Assembly: GCA_030538075.1 (NCBI GenBank)
Contig: JAUNUQ010000006.1
Span: 22,971 to 86,970 of the forward strand
Source of the DNA: Tissierellia bacterium
Lineage (GTDB): Bacteria > Bacillota > Clostridia > Tissierellales > Peptoniphilaceae
Direction of reading: 5' to 3'
DNA length: 64,000 bases
Shown here: in pieces, positions 1 to 9,315 of the stretch
Layout of the letters: each line of letters starts with the position of its first letter
Position numbering within the stretch: the stretch's first letter is position 1
Translations under genes and position numbers: made by a program
The notes under the pieces: model-generated
Databases searched by the model: none
The model's input: the letters and a program-made list of their open reading frames with translations, nothing else
What the model was told of the DNA's origin: nothing

Positions 1-1026
1 TAGTCCAATCGCCAATAGCACATGGGATGGATCCAAGGAGCCAGACGTACATGCCGAGCCACTGGAGGCGCAAATGCCCTCCATATCTAACATCAGCAGG
101 AGAGATTCCCCTTCTATATATCGAAAACATAGGTTTACATTATTCGGTAGCCTCCGAATGGGGTCTCCGTTCAAACGGACTTCTTCAATCTCCGTTGTCA
201 ATCTCTCGATGAGATAGTCTCGAAGCGTGGTGAGCTTCGCATTGCGCGCTTCCCGATCATCGGTGGATCGCTCAACGGCTTTTGCCAATCCTACGATCGC
301 TGCGACATTTTCTGTACCTGCCCGGCGTCTGCGTTCTTGCGCACCCCCGTGAATCAGGTTGGGCAGTTTAATCCCGCTGCGTATATAGAGGGCACCAACG
401 CCCTTCATCGCATGGATCTTGTGGCCGGATAGGGACAATAGGTCAATATTCATCTGGTTCACGTCGATGGGCAGAACCCCAAGGGCCTGCACGGCATCCG
501 TATGAAAGAGGACGCCCCTCTCCTTGGCGATGCGGCCAATCTCCTCTATGGGCTGAATGGTGCCGATTTCATTGTTGGCGAACATGATGCTGATCAAGAT
601 CGTCCGATCGGTTATGGCCGATTCCAATGCTTCTAGGGAGATAAATCCGTTCTCGTCCACATCCAGATACGTGACCTCGAATCCATTTTTCTCCAGGTAT
701 TCACAGGTGTGCAGCACAGCATGGTGCTCGATCTTCGAGGTGATGATGTGATTGCCCTTGGCGCCATAGGCCTCCGCAACTCCTTTGATCGCCCAGTTGT
801 CGGCTTCGGAACCTCCAGAGGTGAAAAAGATCTCTTTTCTCTCGGCACCAATGGAATCTGCCACCACTTCTCGGGCATTTTCAATGGCCACCTTGGATTT
901 GCCCCCCAATTGATAAATACTAGACGGATTTCCATATAAATCGGTCAAATAGGGCATCATCGCCTCTAATACTTCCGGGGAAACCCTCGTCGTCGCAGCG
1001 TTGTCTAAATAGATTTGACGGTTCAA
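1..1026 (-). CDS. nifS: cysteine desulfurase (NifS/IscS family), 3' end cut by the window edge
   Basis: Absent from the ORF track because no stop lies inside the window. My translation of the minus strand from TTG(1026) reads [56 protein letters not shown] (PLP-lysine motif)..[20 protein letters not shown] (active-site Cys loop). The TTG start overlaps the upstream Rrf2 stop as TTGA. Confidence 0.85.
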   Translation of the reverse strand, partial: MNRQIYLDNAATTRVSPEVLEAMMPYLTDLYGNPSSIYQLGGKSKVAIENAREVVADSIGAERKEIFFTSGGSEADNWAIKGVAEAYGAKGNHIITSKIEHHAVLHTCEYLEKNGFEVTYLDVDENGFISLEALESAITDRTILISIMFANNEIGTIQPIEEIGRIAKERGVLFHTDAVQALGVLPIDVNQMNIDLLSLSGHKIHAMKGVGALYIRSGIKLPNLIHGGAQERRRRAGTENVAAIVGLAKAVERSTDDREARNAKLTTLRDYLIERLTTEIEEVRLNGDPIRRLPNNVNLCFRYIEGESLLLMLDMEGICASSGSACTSGSLDPSHVLLAIGL

Positions 1027-1460
1027 GCTCTTGCCTCCTCCTGCTCCATGGTTTCCTTCTCGTCATTGATCATATCTTGTAGCGTATAATTGTCAATAAT
1101 ATCGTTAATGCTATCTCCTATGCGAATCCACAGTCTTCGAGTGACACAGTGATCTTCTCTCTCACAGATGTCCTTTCCCTCCGTGCACTCACAGGGGGAC
1201 ATATGGGTTTCTAATATACGTAAAACCTCTCCTACACAGATCGCCTCTGGCTCTCGGCTGAGTCGGTACCCGCCATAAGCTCCCCGAGAACTCGTCACTA
1301 GGTCGTATTCCCTGAGTTTGCGAATCAGTTGTTCGAGATAACTCTCTGACAAATCCAACTCGCCAGCGATCTCCGATAGGGGAACTGGTTTGGAATTTAA
1401 ATTTTTTGCCAAGTAAAACATAACACGCAGACCATATCTGCCTCGCGTTGATAGTCTCAT
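1023..1460 (-). CDS. Rrf2-family transcriptional regulator (IscR/CymR-like)
   Basis: ORF 1023..1571 trimmed to the ATG at 1460, which is preceded by GGGAGGTGG. The N-terminus [18 protein letters not shown] is typical of Rrf2 winged-helix proteins. It carries a Cys cluster [16 protein letters not shown] and sits directly upstream of the cysteine desulfurase. Confidence 0.85.
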   Translation of the reverse strand: MRLSTRGRYGLRVMFYLAKNLNSKPVPLSEIAGELDLSESYLEQLIRKLREYDLVTSSRGAYGGYRLSREPEAICVGEVLRILETHMSPCECTEGKDICEREDHCVTRRLWIRIGDSINDIIDNYTLQDMINDEKETMEQEEARA

Positions 1461-1485
1461 CTTCCACCTCCCAATGTACTTTGCC

Positions 1486-1514
1486 ATTATATTATATCCT
1501 ACTATAGCTGTCAA
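1486..1514 (-). promoter_or_regulatory. sigma-A type promoter for the Rrf2-nifS operon
   Basis: Minus strand reads TTGACA (1514..1509), a 17-nt spacer, then TATAAT (1491..1486), about 25 nt upstream of the Rrf2 start. Confidence 0.5.
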
Positions 1515-1676
1515 CATTAAAAGTGGCACAATGGACCACTGCGTAATATTCGATCTACCACGCGAGGCCATGTGCCACCTGATTGAGGTTTCATTTGAAA
1601 TATACCTATTTAGTATATAATATTTCCGTGAAAAAAACTAGTTTATGCGGCCATTTCCATTGAAAAGACCATATCA

Positions 1677-2621
1677 TCAAATGGAGATATTGCGAATCAT
1701 ATCCTCTGTCATTCGATCGATGTCGTATTCAGGACTCCAATCCCACTCTTCTCGAGCACAATGATCATCCAGTGAATCTGGCCAGGAGTCCGCTATCGCC
1801 TGTCGGATCGGATCCACGTCGTAGCTCAGTTCGAAATCTGGAATCTGCTTGCGAATTGCCTCTGCCAATTCCTCTGGTGCAAAGCTCATGGCCGTGACAT
1901 TGAAGGCATTCCGATTGACCAGTCGCGCCGGATCTGCTTCGATCAAATCCACAACCGCTTTTAGCGCGTCTGGCATATACATCATATCCATCTTGGTCCC
2001 CTCAGCTATGAAAGAGGTATAGGCCTTTTTCTGGAGTGCGGCATAATAGATATGCACAGCATAGTCCGTAGTGCCCCCGCCCGGCAGGGTCTTATAGGAG
2101 ATGATGCCCGGATAGCGCACGCCTCTGGTATCCAGACCAAATCGCTTATGATAGTAGTCGCAGAGCACTTCGCCTGCCACCTTGGTCACTCCGTACATGG
2201 TGCTGGGTCTCTGGATCGTCACTTGCGGAGTGAGAACTTTTGGTGTACTGTCCCCAAAGGCCGCGATGGAGCTGGGTGTGAAAACAGAGCAGTTCTCCGC
2301 TCTAGCCACTTCAAGCACATTGACAAGACCTCCCATATTGACCTCCCAGGTCAGATTGGGGAGCTTCTCTCCTGTAGCCGATAAGATCGCCGCGAGATTG
2401 ATGATGGTGTCGATCCGATACTCTTTAACCAATTCGTGTAGGCGCTTTCGATCTGTTACATCCAATGGCTCGAAATGCATTTCTGGAAGTGCCCGTTCCT
2501 TCTTGTCCGATAAGTCTGTCGCCAGGACATTGTCCTCGCCATAACAGTCCCTTAAATAGAGCGCTAATTCCGACCCTATCTGTCCCAGTGCACCTGTGAT
2601 GAGAACCCTTCGCTTCGTCAT
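1677..2621 (-). CDS. NAD-dependent epimerase/dehydratase-fold SDR, L-threonine 3-dehydrogenase-like
   Basis: ORF 1677..2687 trimmed to the ATG at 2621 (GGAGGAAAATA upstream). It has the Rossmann motif VLITGALGQIGSEL and the catalytic YGVTK (YxxxK). Overall it resembles epimerase-like short-chain threonine dehydrogenases. The substrate call rests on family resemblance only. Confidence 0.6.
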   Translation of the reverse strand: MTKRRVLITGALGQIGSELALYLRDCYGEDNVLATDLSDKKERALPEMHFEPLDVTDRKRLHELVKEYRIDTIINLAAILSATGEKLPNLTWEVNMGGLVNVLEVARAENCSVFTPSSIAAFGDSTPKVLTPQVTIQRPSTMYGVTKVAGEVLCDYYHKRFGLDTRGVRYPGIISYKTLPGGGTTDYAVHIYYAALQKKAYTSFIAEGTKMDMMYMPDALKAVVDLIEADPARLVNRNAFNVTAMSFAPEELAEAIRKQIPDFELSYDVDPIRQAIADSWPDSLDDHCAREEWDWSPEYDIDRMTEDMIRNISI

Positions 2622-2761
2622 ATTTTCCTCCTTGAAAGTTGAGAAATCGATATCCTCGTTCATTTTAATAATAACATATTTCCACATATTTGCATAGGAC
2701 TTTTGCTAAGAATCTACACATATTTTCACGAATAACAGTAGAAATTCCAATTTTTTATGAC

Positions 2762-2822
2762 CATAAAATAGGGAACGGATCCTCGTCCCTTAACAGGGGC
2801 AATGATCGGTTCCCTATTTTTT
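2762..2822 (-). terminator. bidirectional intrinsic terminator after yacP
   Basis: Long inverted repeat AATAGGGAACGGATC / GATCGGTTCCCTATT, flanked by an A-run on one side and a T-run on the other. It overlaps the yacP stop codon. Confidence 0.6.
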
Positions 2823-3377
2823 ATAAGGCGGTTTTTCCTTGGGTTGGGATAGCTGTTCTTCTGTTTCAAACTCGTATTGTTCGAGAGCTCGTAAACTCCG
2901 CTCGTCGAGCTTCACCAGATTCCGATGGCTGATTCGCTTTAAGTCCTTTGCCATCCGCTTGCCAGAATTCTTCACCGTCTGGACTTGGATTTTCAGTTCA
3001 GCACCAGATAAGCGGACACCACCGCGACCTAGAATGATATTCTGTATCATGGAGTCCGAGGTGGCCACTTTGACGATATCCTTTCGGCCAATCCGATCCA
3101 ATCTGCGTTCGATATAGGTGTCCGCCGTTTCAAATTCTCGAGTATAGACCACTTCGATGCCCTTATAGCGCTCATGCTTACGCACCGAGCCCTTTACCTG
3201 ATGGGCGTCGAAGATCAATACGACGATTTCTCCCGTCAAGGCGGCGTATTCAGCCATTGTTTCCATCAGTCCCAGGCGGGAGGAGTCCAGTCCAGTTGCC
3301 TCAAAGTCCTGGAGTTCCTCCCACTGGTTGATGATATTATAACCATCTACCAGTAGATAGGTCTTTTTCTTACGCAT
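2814..3377 (-). CDS. yacP: NYN-domain ribonuclease YacP/Rae1 family
   Basis: ORF 2814..3395 trimmed to the ATG at 3377. LLVDGYNIINQW...VVLIFDAH...VVYTREFETADTYIE...VATSD matches the YacP-like NYN pattern. The position after rlmB is the conserved Firmicutes order gltX-cysS-rlmB-yacP. Confidence 0.8.
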   Translation of the reverse strand: MRKKKTYLLVDGYNIINQWEELQDFEATGLDSSRLGLMETMAEYAALTGEIVVLIFDAHQVKGSVRKHERYKGIEVVYTREFETADTYIERRLDRIGRKDIVKVATSDSMIQNIILGRGGVRLSGAELKIQVQTVKNSGKRMAKDLKRISHRNLVKLDERSLRALEQYEFETEEQLSQPKEKPPYKK

Positions 3378-4101
3378 TTTGCCGGAGGACCTCATAGATC
3401 AAAATCGCCGCTGCATTTGATGCATTCAGGGACTCAACCCGTCCCTTCATGGGAAGGCTCACTAGATCATCGCATCGCTCTTTGACCAATCTGCCTAGGC
3501 CACTGCCCTCATTGCCGATGACCAAGCAGACTGCCCCGCGATAATCCGCATCTAAATAGCTCTTTTGCGCGTCACCATCTGCTCCAAATACCCAGATATT
3601 CTGTTCTTTCATCCGCATAATCAGCTCCGCCATGCTATTGACCTTTCCAATTCGCATATGGGCGGTGGCCCCTGCCGAGGATTTGTGCACTGTTTGGGTG
3701 ATTCCACTTGATCGGCGTTTCGACAAGAAGACACCATGCACTCCTGCGGCTTCGCAGGTCCGGATGATCGCGCCAGTGTTGTGAGGATCTTCGATCTCAT
3801 CTAAGGCGACGAGGAAGGGCGGCTCTCCCCTGGACTGTGCATATTCTAGCATATCCTCCAGCTCGTAATAGTTGATGCCCGAGACATGAGCGATCACGCC
3901 CTGGTGTTTGATTCCCTCTGCCAATTCCTCCAGTTTTTGCCGATTCACTTCGACGACGGGAACGCTGGCATCTTGCGCCTTTGCCCGAATCGCCTTCACA
4001 GACCCTTGTAGATCGCCCCTTTGCAGGTAGATCTTATCGATGGCTGCTCCAGATTTCAACAGCTCCATGACGGCATTTCTGCCGGAAATATATTCTCCCA
4101 T
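3370..4101 (-). CDS. rlmB: 23S rRNA (guanosine-2'-O)-methyltransferase RlmB (SpoU/TrmH family)
   Basis: ORF 3370..4200 trimmed to the ATG at 4101, just after the cysS stop. Motifs seen: GRNAVMELL, LDEIEDPHNTGAIIRT, LVIGNEGSGL, SLNASNAAAILIYE. Confidence 0.85.
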   Translation of the reverse strand: MGEYISGRNAVMELLKSGAAIDKIYLQRGDLQGSVKAIRAKAQDASVPVVEVNRQKLEELAEGIKHQGVIAHVSGINYYELEDMLEYAQSRGEPPFLVALDEIEDPHNTGAIIRTCEAAGVHGVFLSKRRSSGITQTVHKSSAGATAHMRIGKVNSMAELIMRMKEQNIWVFGADGDAQKSYLDADYRGAVCLVIGNEGSGLGRLVKERCDDLVSLPMKGRVESLNASNAAAILIYEVLRQNA

Positions 4102-4105
4102 CGCT

Positions 4106-5506
4106 CTACTCAACTCGCTTCCAGACCACGCCGGTTGGGGTGTCTTTGAGCTCAATTCCCATTTCTTTGAGCTGATCTCGGATGGCGTCTGCTCTGGCAA
4201 AATCCTTCGCTGCGCGGGCTGCCTGTCTGTCTTCGATCAGCACTTCGATCGCATTGTCGATGTTCTCCTGTTTTCGAAACAGCAATCCCAATACATCTGC
4301 CAGTTCCATCATCCCCTGATAGACCTTCTCAACTGTGTGGCGCGAGCTGTTTTCATCTAGCTGTGTATTTGCAAGCCGAACGATCTCAAAGAGTGCGGAG
4401 ACGGCATCTGCCGTATTCAAGTCATCGTCCATTACCCGGACGAACTCCTTCTTGAAGTGCTCCAGTTCGGCTAGGATGGATTCCTCCTCATCATTTGAAA
4501 CATCCGCGCAGGTCTCCAGAAGCCTCTCCAGTTTCTCCTTCGCGTTATACATTCGTTCCAAGGCGCTCTTGGATTGCTCCATCACCTCTCTGCTGAAGTT
4601 GATGGGGTTTCGGTAATGAGCGGATAACAGCCAAAGGCGTATGATCTCACGATTGTATTGCTCCGCAATATCTCGAACCAAAAAGAAATTGCCGAGAGAC
4701 TTACTCATCTTTTGGTTGTCCACATTGATCATCCCGTTGTGCATCCAGTATTTAGCAAAGAGCTTTTCCGTTAAAGTCTCCGTCTGGGCAATCTCATTTT
4801 CATGATGGGGAAATTGCAAATCCTCTCCCCCCGCATGGATATCAATTGTATCGCCTAAGATCGACCTGGACATGACCGAGCATTCGATATGCCAACCGGG
4901 GCGTCCCATCCCCCAAGGGCTGTCCCAAGCAGGCTCCGATTCTTCTTTTCTCCGCTTCCACAGGGCAAAGTCCAACGGATCCGCCTTTTCGTCCCCAGCC
5001 TCAATTCTGGCGCCAACCTTTAGTTCATCGATATTCTTTTTTGAAAGCTTCCCATAACCCTCTGCCTTATCGATGTCAAAATATACATTGCCATCCACTG
5101 CATAGGCGGCTCCCTTGTCCTCTAATCCCTTGATAAACTCGATCATCTGTGGGATATACTCGGTTGCCTTGGGGTGAATCGTATGACTATCCAAAATATT
5201 GAGGCCTTGACAGTCCTCTAGATAGGCATCGGTGTAGCGTTCACTGATCTCTAAGAAGTGGACGCCCTCTTCTTTTGCCTTGTTTATGATCTTATCGTCG
5301 ATGTCTGTAAAATTGGACACAAAGGTCACCTTGTACCCCCGATACATCAGATACCGACGAAGGGTATCGAAGATCACGATGGGCCTGGCGTTTCCTATGT
5401 GAATATAATTGTACACCGTCGGTCCGCAGACGTAGATCTTCGCCTCGCCTGGGATCAGTGGCAAAAAATCTTCCTTTTTTCTAGTAAGTGTATTATAGAC
5501 GCGCAT
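4106..5506 (-). CDS. cysS: cysteine--tRNA ligase
   Basis: 466 aa with class I signatures HIGN (YNYIHIGNARP) and KMSKS (QKMSKSLGN). AGGGAGG RBS upstream. Confidence 0.95.
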   Translation of the reverse strand: MRVYNTLTRKKEDFLPLIPGEAKIYVCGPTVYNYIHIGNARPIVIFDTLRRYLMYRGYKVTFVSNFTDIDDKIINKAKEEGVHFLEISERYTDAYLEDCQGLNILDSHTIHPKATEYIPQMIEFIKGLEDKGAAYAVDGNVYFDIDKAEGYGKLSKKNIDELKVGARIEAGDEKADPLDFALWKRRKEESEPAWDSPWGMGRPGWHIECSVMSRSILGDTIDIHAGGEDLQFPHHENEIAQTETLTEKLFAKYWMHNGMINVDNQKMSKSLGNFFLVRDIAEQYNREIIRLWLLSAHYRNPINFSREVMEQSKSALERMYNAKEKLERLLETCADVSNDEEESILAELEHFKKEFVRVMDDDLNTADAVSALFEIVRLANTQLDENSSRHTVEKVYQGMMELADVLGLLFRKQENIDNAIEVLIEDRQAARAAKDFARADAIRDQLKEMGIELKDTPTGVVWKRVE

Positions 5507-5621
5507 CTAAACCTCCCTGAACTGTGGTTCTGTTCACTTATCCATTTGCTTCTTTATCTGTTTCACGATCCAAAGCCATCCCGAACGGATGAGATCAATC
5601 AAAATTCACATACTCTCTCCT

Positions 5622-7085
5622 CTAGTCTGTAAGGCGCTTGAGCAATATGTCCTTGCCCAATAGCTGGATCACATTCACTAGCTCTGGGCCATGGACTTTC
5701 CCCGTCAATAGGGCTCGCATGGGCATGAACAGGTCCTTCCCCTTTACACCCGTCTGCTTTTGGATTCGCTTCATGATGGATTTTGCAAAAGCCTCATCCA
5801 CGACCTCTACTTCGTTCAGCGCTTCTATAAATGCAGTTCTCAGAGCGGGGACATGTTCCTTTGCCGCGTACTCAACGGCATCTGCCTCGGTGATGTCCAC
5901 CTGATCGATGAAGAGGAAACGGGCCTGCGCCTGGATGTCCATCAGCCTATCCAAGCTGTCCTTAAAGGTATTGCCAAGGAGGGTCAGCTTCGCAGCCGGA
6001 TAGTCCCCAGTGATCAGCTTCTCTTCCAATAGATAGGGCTTTAGGAGCTCACCCAATTCCTCATCTGAATATTTCTTGATATGATGGGCGTTGACCCAGT
6101 TGAGCTTATCTCGATCGAAGATTCCACCTGTCTTGGAGACCCTTTCAAATCCAAATTGCTCTACGAGCTCCTCCATCGTCAGAATCTCTTCTGTACTATC
6201 CGGAGACCAGCCCACTAGAGCCAGATAGTTGACCAATCCCTCTGGCAGATAGCCCTGGGCGATAAAGTCCTCCACCGCCACATCGTCGTTTCGTTTGGAT
6301 AGTTTTTTTCGATCTCTGTTCAACACTGTTGGGAGATGGACAAATACTGGCGCTTGCCATCCAAAGACCTCGTAGAGATACACATGTTTCGGTGTAGAGG
6401 GCAGCCATTCGTCTCCTCTAACGATATGGGTGATTCCCATCAGATGGTCATCCACGACCACGGCAAAGTGGTAGGTGGGAAAGCCATCGGATTTAATGAG
6501 CACTTGATCATCCATATCATTGGTGTTGATGACGATTTTTCCCTTCACTTCGTCCATGACGACAATGTCCCGGTTGACCGGCAGTTTTAAACGGATGACA
6601 TGCTCTTCTCCTGCTGCGACACGCTCCCTGGCTTCTTCCAGAGTCACCGCTCGGCAGAGCCCATCATAGCGTGGAATCAGGCCATCGGATTTCTGCTGCT
6701 CCCGAAGATGATCCAGTCTCTCCTTTGAGCAAAAACAATAGTAGGCGTCTCCCCTCTCTAGGAGATCTTCGATATATCGATCGTAAATCCCCTCTGCCAT
6801 TCGCTCCGATTGGATGTAGGGGCCAAATTCTCCCCTCTGTTCTAAGCTGCCATCGGCATTTAAGAAAACCCCTTCATCATAGGTGATACCCGCCCATTGT
6901 AGAGAACGAATCAAATTCTCCAAAGCCCCCTCTACAAAACGAGTGCGGTCCGTATCCTCAATTCGCAGGATGAACTTTCCATCATGTCCCTTCGCATATA
7001 GATAATTATATAATGCTGTGCGAAGCCCTCCAATGTGTAAATATCCCGTGGGACTTGGTGCAAAACGCAATCTAACTCCTGTCAT
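5622..7085 (-). CDS. gltX: glutamate--tRNA ligase
   Basis: 487 aa with RFAPSPTGYLHIGGLRTA (HIGH) and KKLSKRN (KMSKS-type). The start overlaps the upstream stop as ATGA. Confidence 0.95.
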   Translation of the reverse strand: MTGVRLRFAPSPTGYLHIGGLRTALYNYLYAKGHDGKFILRIEDTDRTRFVEGALENLIRSLQWAGITYDEGVFLNADGSLEQRGEFGPYIQSERMAEGIYDRYIEDLLERGDAYYCFCSKERLDHLREQQKSDGLIPRYDGLCRAVTLEEARERVAAGEEHVIRLKLPVNRDIVVMDEVKGKIVINTNDMDDQVLIKSDGFPTYHFAVVVDDHLMGITHIVRGDEWLPSTPKHVYLYEVFGWQAPVFVHLPTVLNRDRKKLSKRNDDVAVEDFIAQGYLPEGLVNYLALVGWSPDSTEEILTMEELVEQFGFERVSKTGGIFDRDKLNWVNAHHIKKYSDEELGELLKPYLLEEKLITGDYPAAKLTLLGNTFKDSLDRLMDIQAQARFLFIDQVDITEADAVEYAAKEHVPALRTAFIEALNEVEVVDEAFAKSIMKRIQKQTGVKGKDLFMPMRALLTGKVHGPELVNVIQLLGKDILLKRLTD

Positions 7086-8728
7086 TCCCTTCCTCCTGTT
7101 CTCGTATTCGCGCCGCTGAGCCCTTTGTGTTGATGGGCCCTAAGCCTCTCTATATGCTTGATCGCCACTATCCCGTTGATATTGAGCGCTCGATCGGAGA
7201 GGGAGTCAAACTCCTCCTTCGATAGAATCTGGTACCAACGGTGGATATGGGTGTCGTATGAACCCTTCAACTCCCTATTCTTGCGACGAGCCACGAGGCT
7301 GCGAAAGAGTTCAGAGGACAACAGTCGCACGACGTCTTTTAGTTCGTATTTCAGATCCAATTTTGGCGCTCTGGAGGGCCCTGCTCCAATCGCATCCCGA
7401 AGGGGTTGCTGAAACGCCTTTGTATAGATATAGTGCAGATTTCTCTCGTATCTGTATTCGATTGGAACCCGCATCCAAAAATCCACCACTTCTTTGTCCC
7501 AGAGCAGCATTCGCCAAGGATGTCCAAAGTATTCGTAGACCCTGATGCTGTTGGCCAAAAACTTGCCATGTTTTTCCTTCCAATCGTAGTATTCCAATAG
7601 CTCACATGCCTTTTCTCGGGGATACTGCCCCCCAGGGGGCAATAGTTTGGTCATGTCCTGGATCATCGAAGCCCGATGGGAATTCACCTGCGCCGTCCAT
7701 TTGGCATTTCCGGCTAGTTCCCTGAGATTCTCGGTGATCAGTCGCTCTTTGGAGATCTGATCCCGTAGTAAAAACAGTTTGGGGATGTGGTTCCCATGGA
7801 GCAGGTCCCCCGTATGGCCGGGGGCGAAGATGGCATCCTCTGGAATTCTCCCCTCTTGAACCAGCGCTTTGACCGCATGAAAATCTTGAAAATGAGGTAT
7901 GGAGACGAGATTGCTAGCGTAATCCGAAAAGTCCTGAAATTCCTCGGACTCATACCAAGCTCTCCAGTCCAGATCGTCATACTCCAAAAAATACCAGGGA
8001 TATCCCAAGTAGTCTGCGATTTTTTTAGAGATCTCCCCTTCGAAATTACCCCTTTTACCATAGGAATAGCAGATGACTTTTTCATAACCAATCTCGTGTA
8101 GAGCATGGACGACCAATCTGGAATCCTCTCCACCAGAGAGTGGGATGACGATGGTACGACCCTGGATGTCCTGAACAAAACGACTTGCCGCTTTGGTGTA
8201 GACCTCGTATAGATCCTTCGCCCATTCCTCAGGAGAACCAGAATATTTCTCCTCGTAGGACAGATTCCGATACTCTAATACCTCCAGCGTTCCACGCTGC
8301 TTATCATAGAAGAGACATTCTCCGTTTCCAAGTCCATGGATCTCTTCGGATAAGGTCCGATTGCCCCAAGTGATACCTGACACCAAGAGCTCTGCAGCAG
8401 CCACCTCGTCAATTGTCAGCTTCCCTTTAAGGAGCTGGGCTGCGGTGTCGCTGAGCTCCAGCTTATCATCCAGCCTATAGAATAGGGGGATGCTTCGGAT
8501 GAAATCCACAGCGGCAAAGAGAAATTCCTCAGTATCCAGGACCAAGGCAAAACAGCCATTCCACTCTTTAATAACTGTAGATAATTCCCCGATGGTCCTC
8601 TTGCCTCTGAATCTCTCTGCGAGATGCTGAATCCCATTGGAGGGGGAATCGGTGTAGAGATAGCCCTTGAAATGCAGATCTCCAGACTGCTCCCAGGCAT
8701 ATCCCCTGTTATTTATTAATCTCATCAT
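7082..8728 (-). CDS. asparagine-synthetase-like PP-loop adenylating enzyme lacking the N-terminal Cys nucleophile (copy 1, PP-loop intact)
   Basis: 548 aa. It has the PP-loop VIPLSGGEDSRLV (SGGxDS). The N-terminal half has an AsnB-like block FAAVDFIRSIPLFY, but the protein starts MMRLINN with no Cys2. The second ATG at 8725 is equally possible. The stop overlaps the gltX start. Confidence 0.6.
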   Translation of the reverse strand: MMRLINNRGYAWEQSGDLHFKGYLYTDSPSNGIQHLAERFRGKRTIGELSTVIKEWNGCFALVLDTEEFLFAAVDFIRSIPLFYRLDDKLELSDTAAQLLKGKLTIDEVAAAELLVSGITWGNRTLSEEIHGLGNGECLFYDKQRGTLEVLEYRNLSYEEKYSGSPEEWAKDLYEVYTKAASRFVQDIQGRTIVIPLSGGEDSRLVVHALHEIGYEKVICYSYGKRGNFEGEISKKIADYLGYPWYFLEYDDLDWRAWYESEEFQDFSDYASNLVSIPHFQDFHAVKALVQEGRIPEDAIFAPGHTGDLLHGNHIPKLFLLRDQISKERLITENLRELAGNAKWTAQVNSHRASMIQDMTKLLPPGGQYPREKACELLEYYDWKEKHGKFLANSIRVYEYFGHPWRMLLWDKEVVDFWMRVPIEYRYERNLHYIYTKAFQQPLRDAIGAGPSRAPKLDLKYELKDVVRLLSSELFRSLVARRKNRELKGSYDTHIHRWYQILSKEEFDSLSDRALNINGIVAIKHIERLRAHQHKGLSGANTRTGGRE

Positions 8729-8747
8729 ACCTCCTAGAGTAATGCTC

Positions 8748-9302
8748 TTATAATAGATGGAAGAGCAGGTCCTCTTCTAATTCTCTTCTCTTATCCGAGC
8801 CCATTATCTCCTCGACGATCTGCAATGCGAAGAGCATGGCCGTGGCGGGACCACGAGAAGTGATCAATTTCCCATCGGTCACAACCAATTCCTCTGAGTG
8901 GCTCGCGCCTTCTAGCTCTACTTCCAGTGTAGGATAACAAGTGGCCGTCTTTCCCTTTAAAATGCCTGCTGCAGCGAGCACCAATGGACCGGCACAGATC
9001 GCAGTCACCCATTTACCACCTTGGTACATCTCACGAACGAGTTCTAATACAATTGCCGAAGCCCTTAGATTATTGACGCCTCCCATTCCTCCAGGCACCA
9101 CCAATAGGTCAAATTCACCCGTTAAAGTGTCTAAAGTCTCATCCGCCTCTACTTTAAGACCATGGGCTCCCTCAACCAACTTGTCCGGATGGATGGAGAC
9201 CGTCGTCACGTCCATCCCCCCTCGTCGAAGGATATCGACCTGTGTTACAGCTTCAATTTCCTCAAAGCCCTCTGCAAATAAAATCAATGCGGTTGTCATC
9301 AT
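8748..9302 (-). CDS. DJ-1/PfpI family protein (class I glutamine-amidotransferase-like fold)
   Basis: 184 aa with FEEIEAV..DLLVVPGG..VTAICAGPLVLAAAG (nucleophile-elbow Cys)..ITSRGPATA, typical of DJ-1/YajL/ThiJ. Confidence 0.85.
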   Translation of the reverse strand: MMTTALILFAEGFEEIEAVTQVDILRRGGMDVTTVSIHPDKLVEGAHGLKVEADETLDTLTGEFDLLVVPGGMGGVNNLRASAIVLELVREMYQGGKWVTAICAGPLVLAAAGILKGKTATCYPTLEVELEGASHSEELVVTDGKLITSRGPATAMLFALQIVEEIMGSDKRRELEEDLLFHLL

Positions 9303-9315
9303 GTCCTCCTTATGG

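Noticed and set aside
5507-5621. I looked for a T-box or other leader upstream of cysS (and of gltX), as found in the Bacillus gltX-cysE-cysS operon.
   Set aside because: The gap is only 115 nt. It has no AGGGTGGTACCGCG-like T-box sequence and no terminator/antiterminator pair. There is no cysE gene here.
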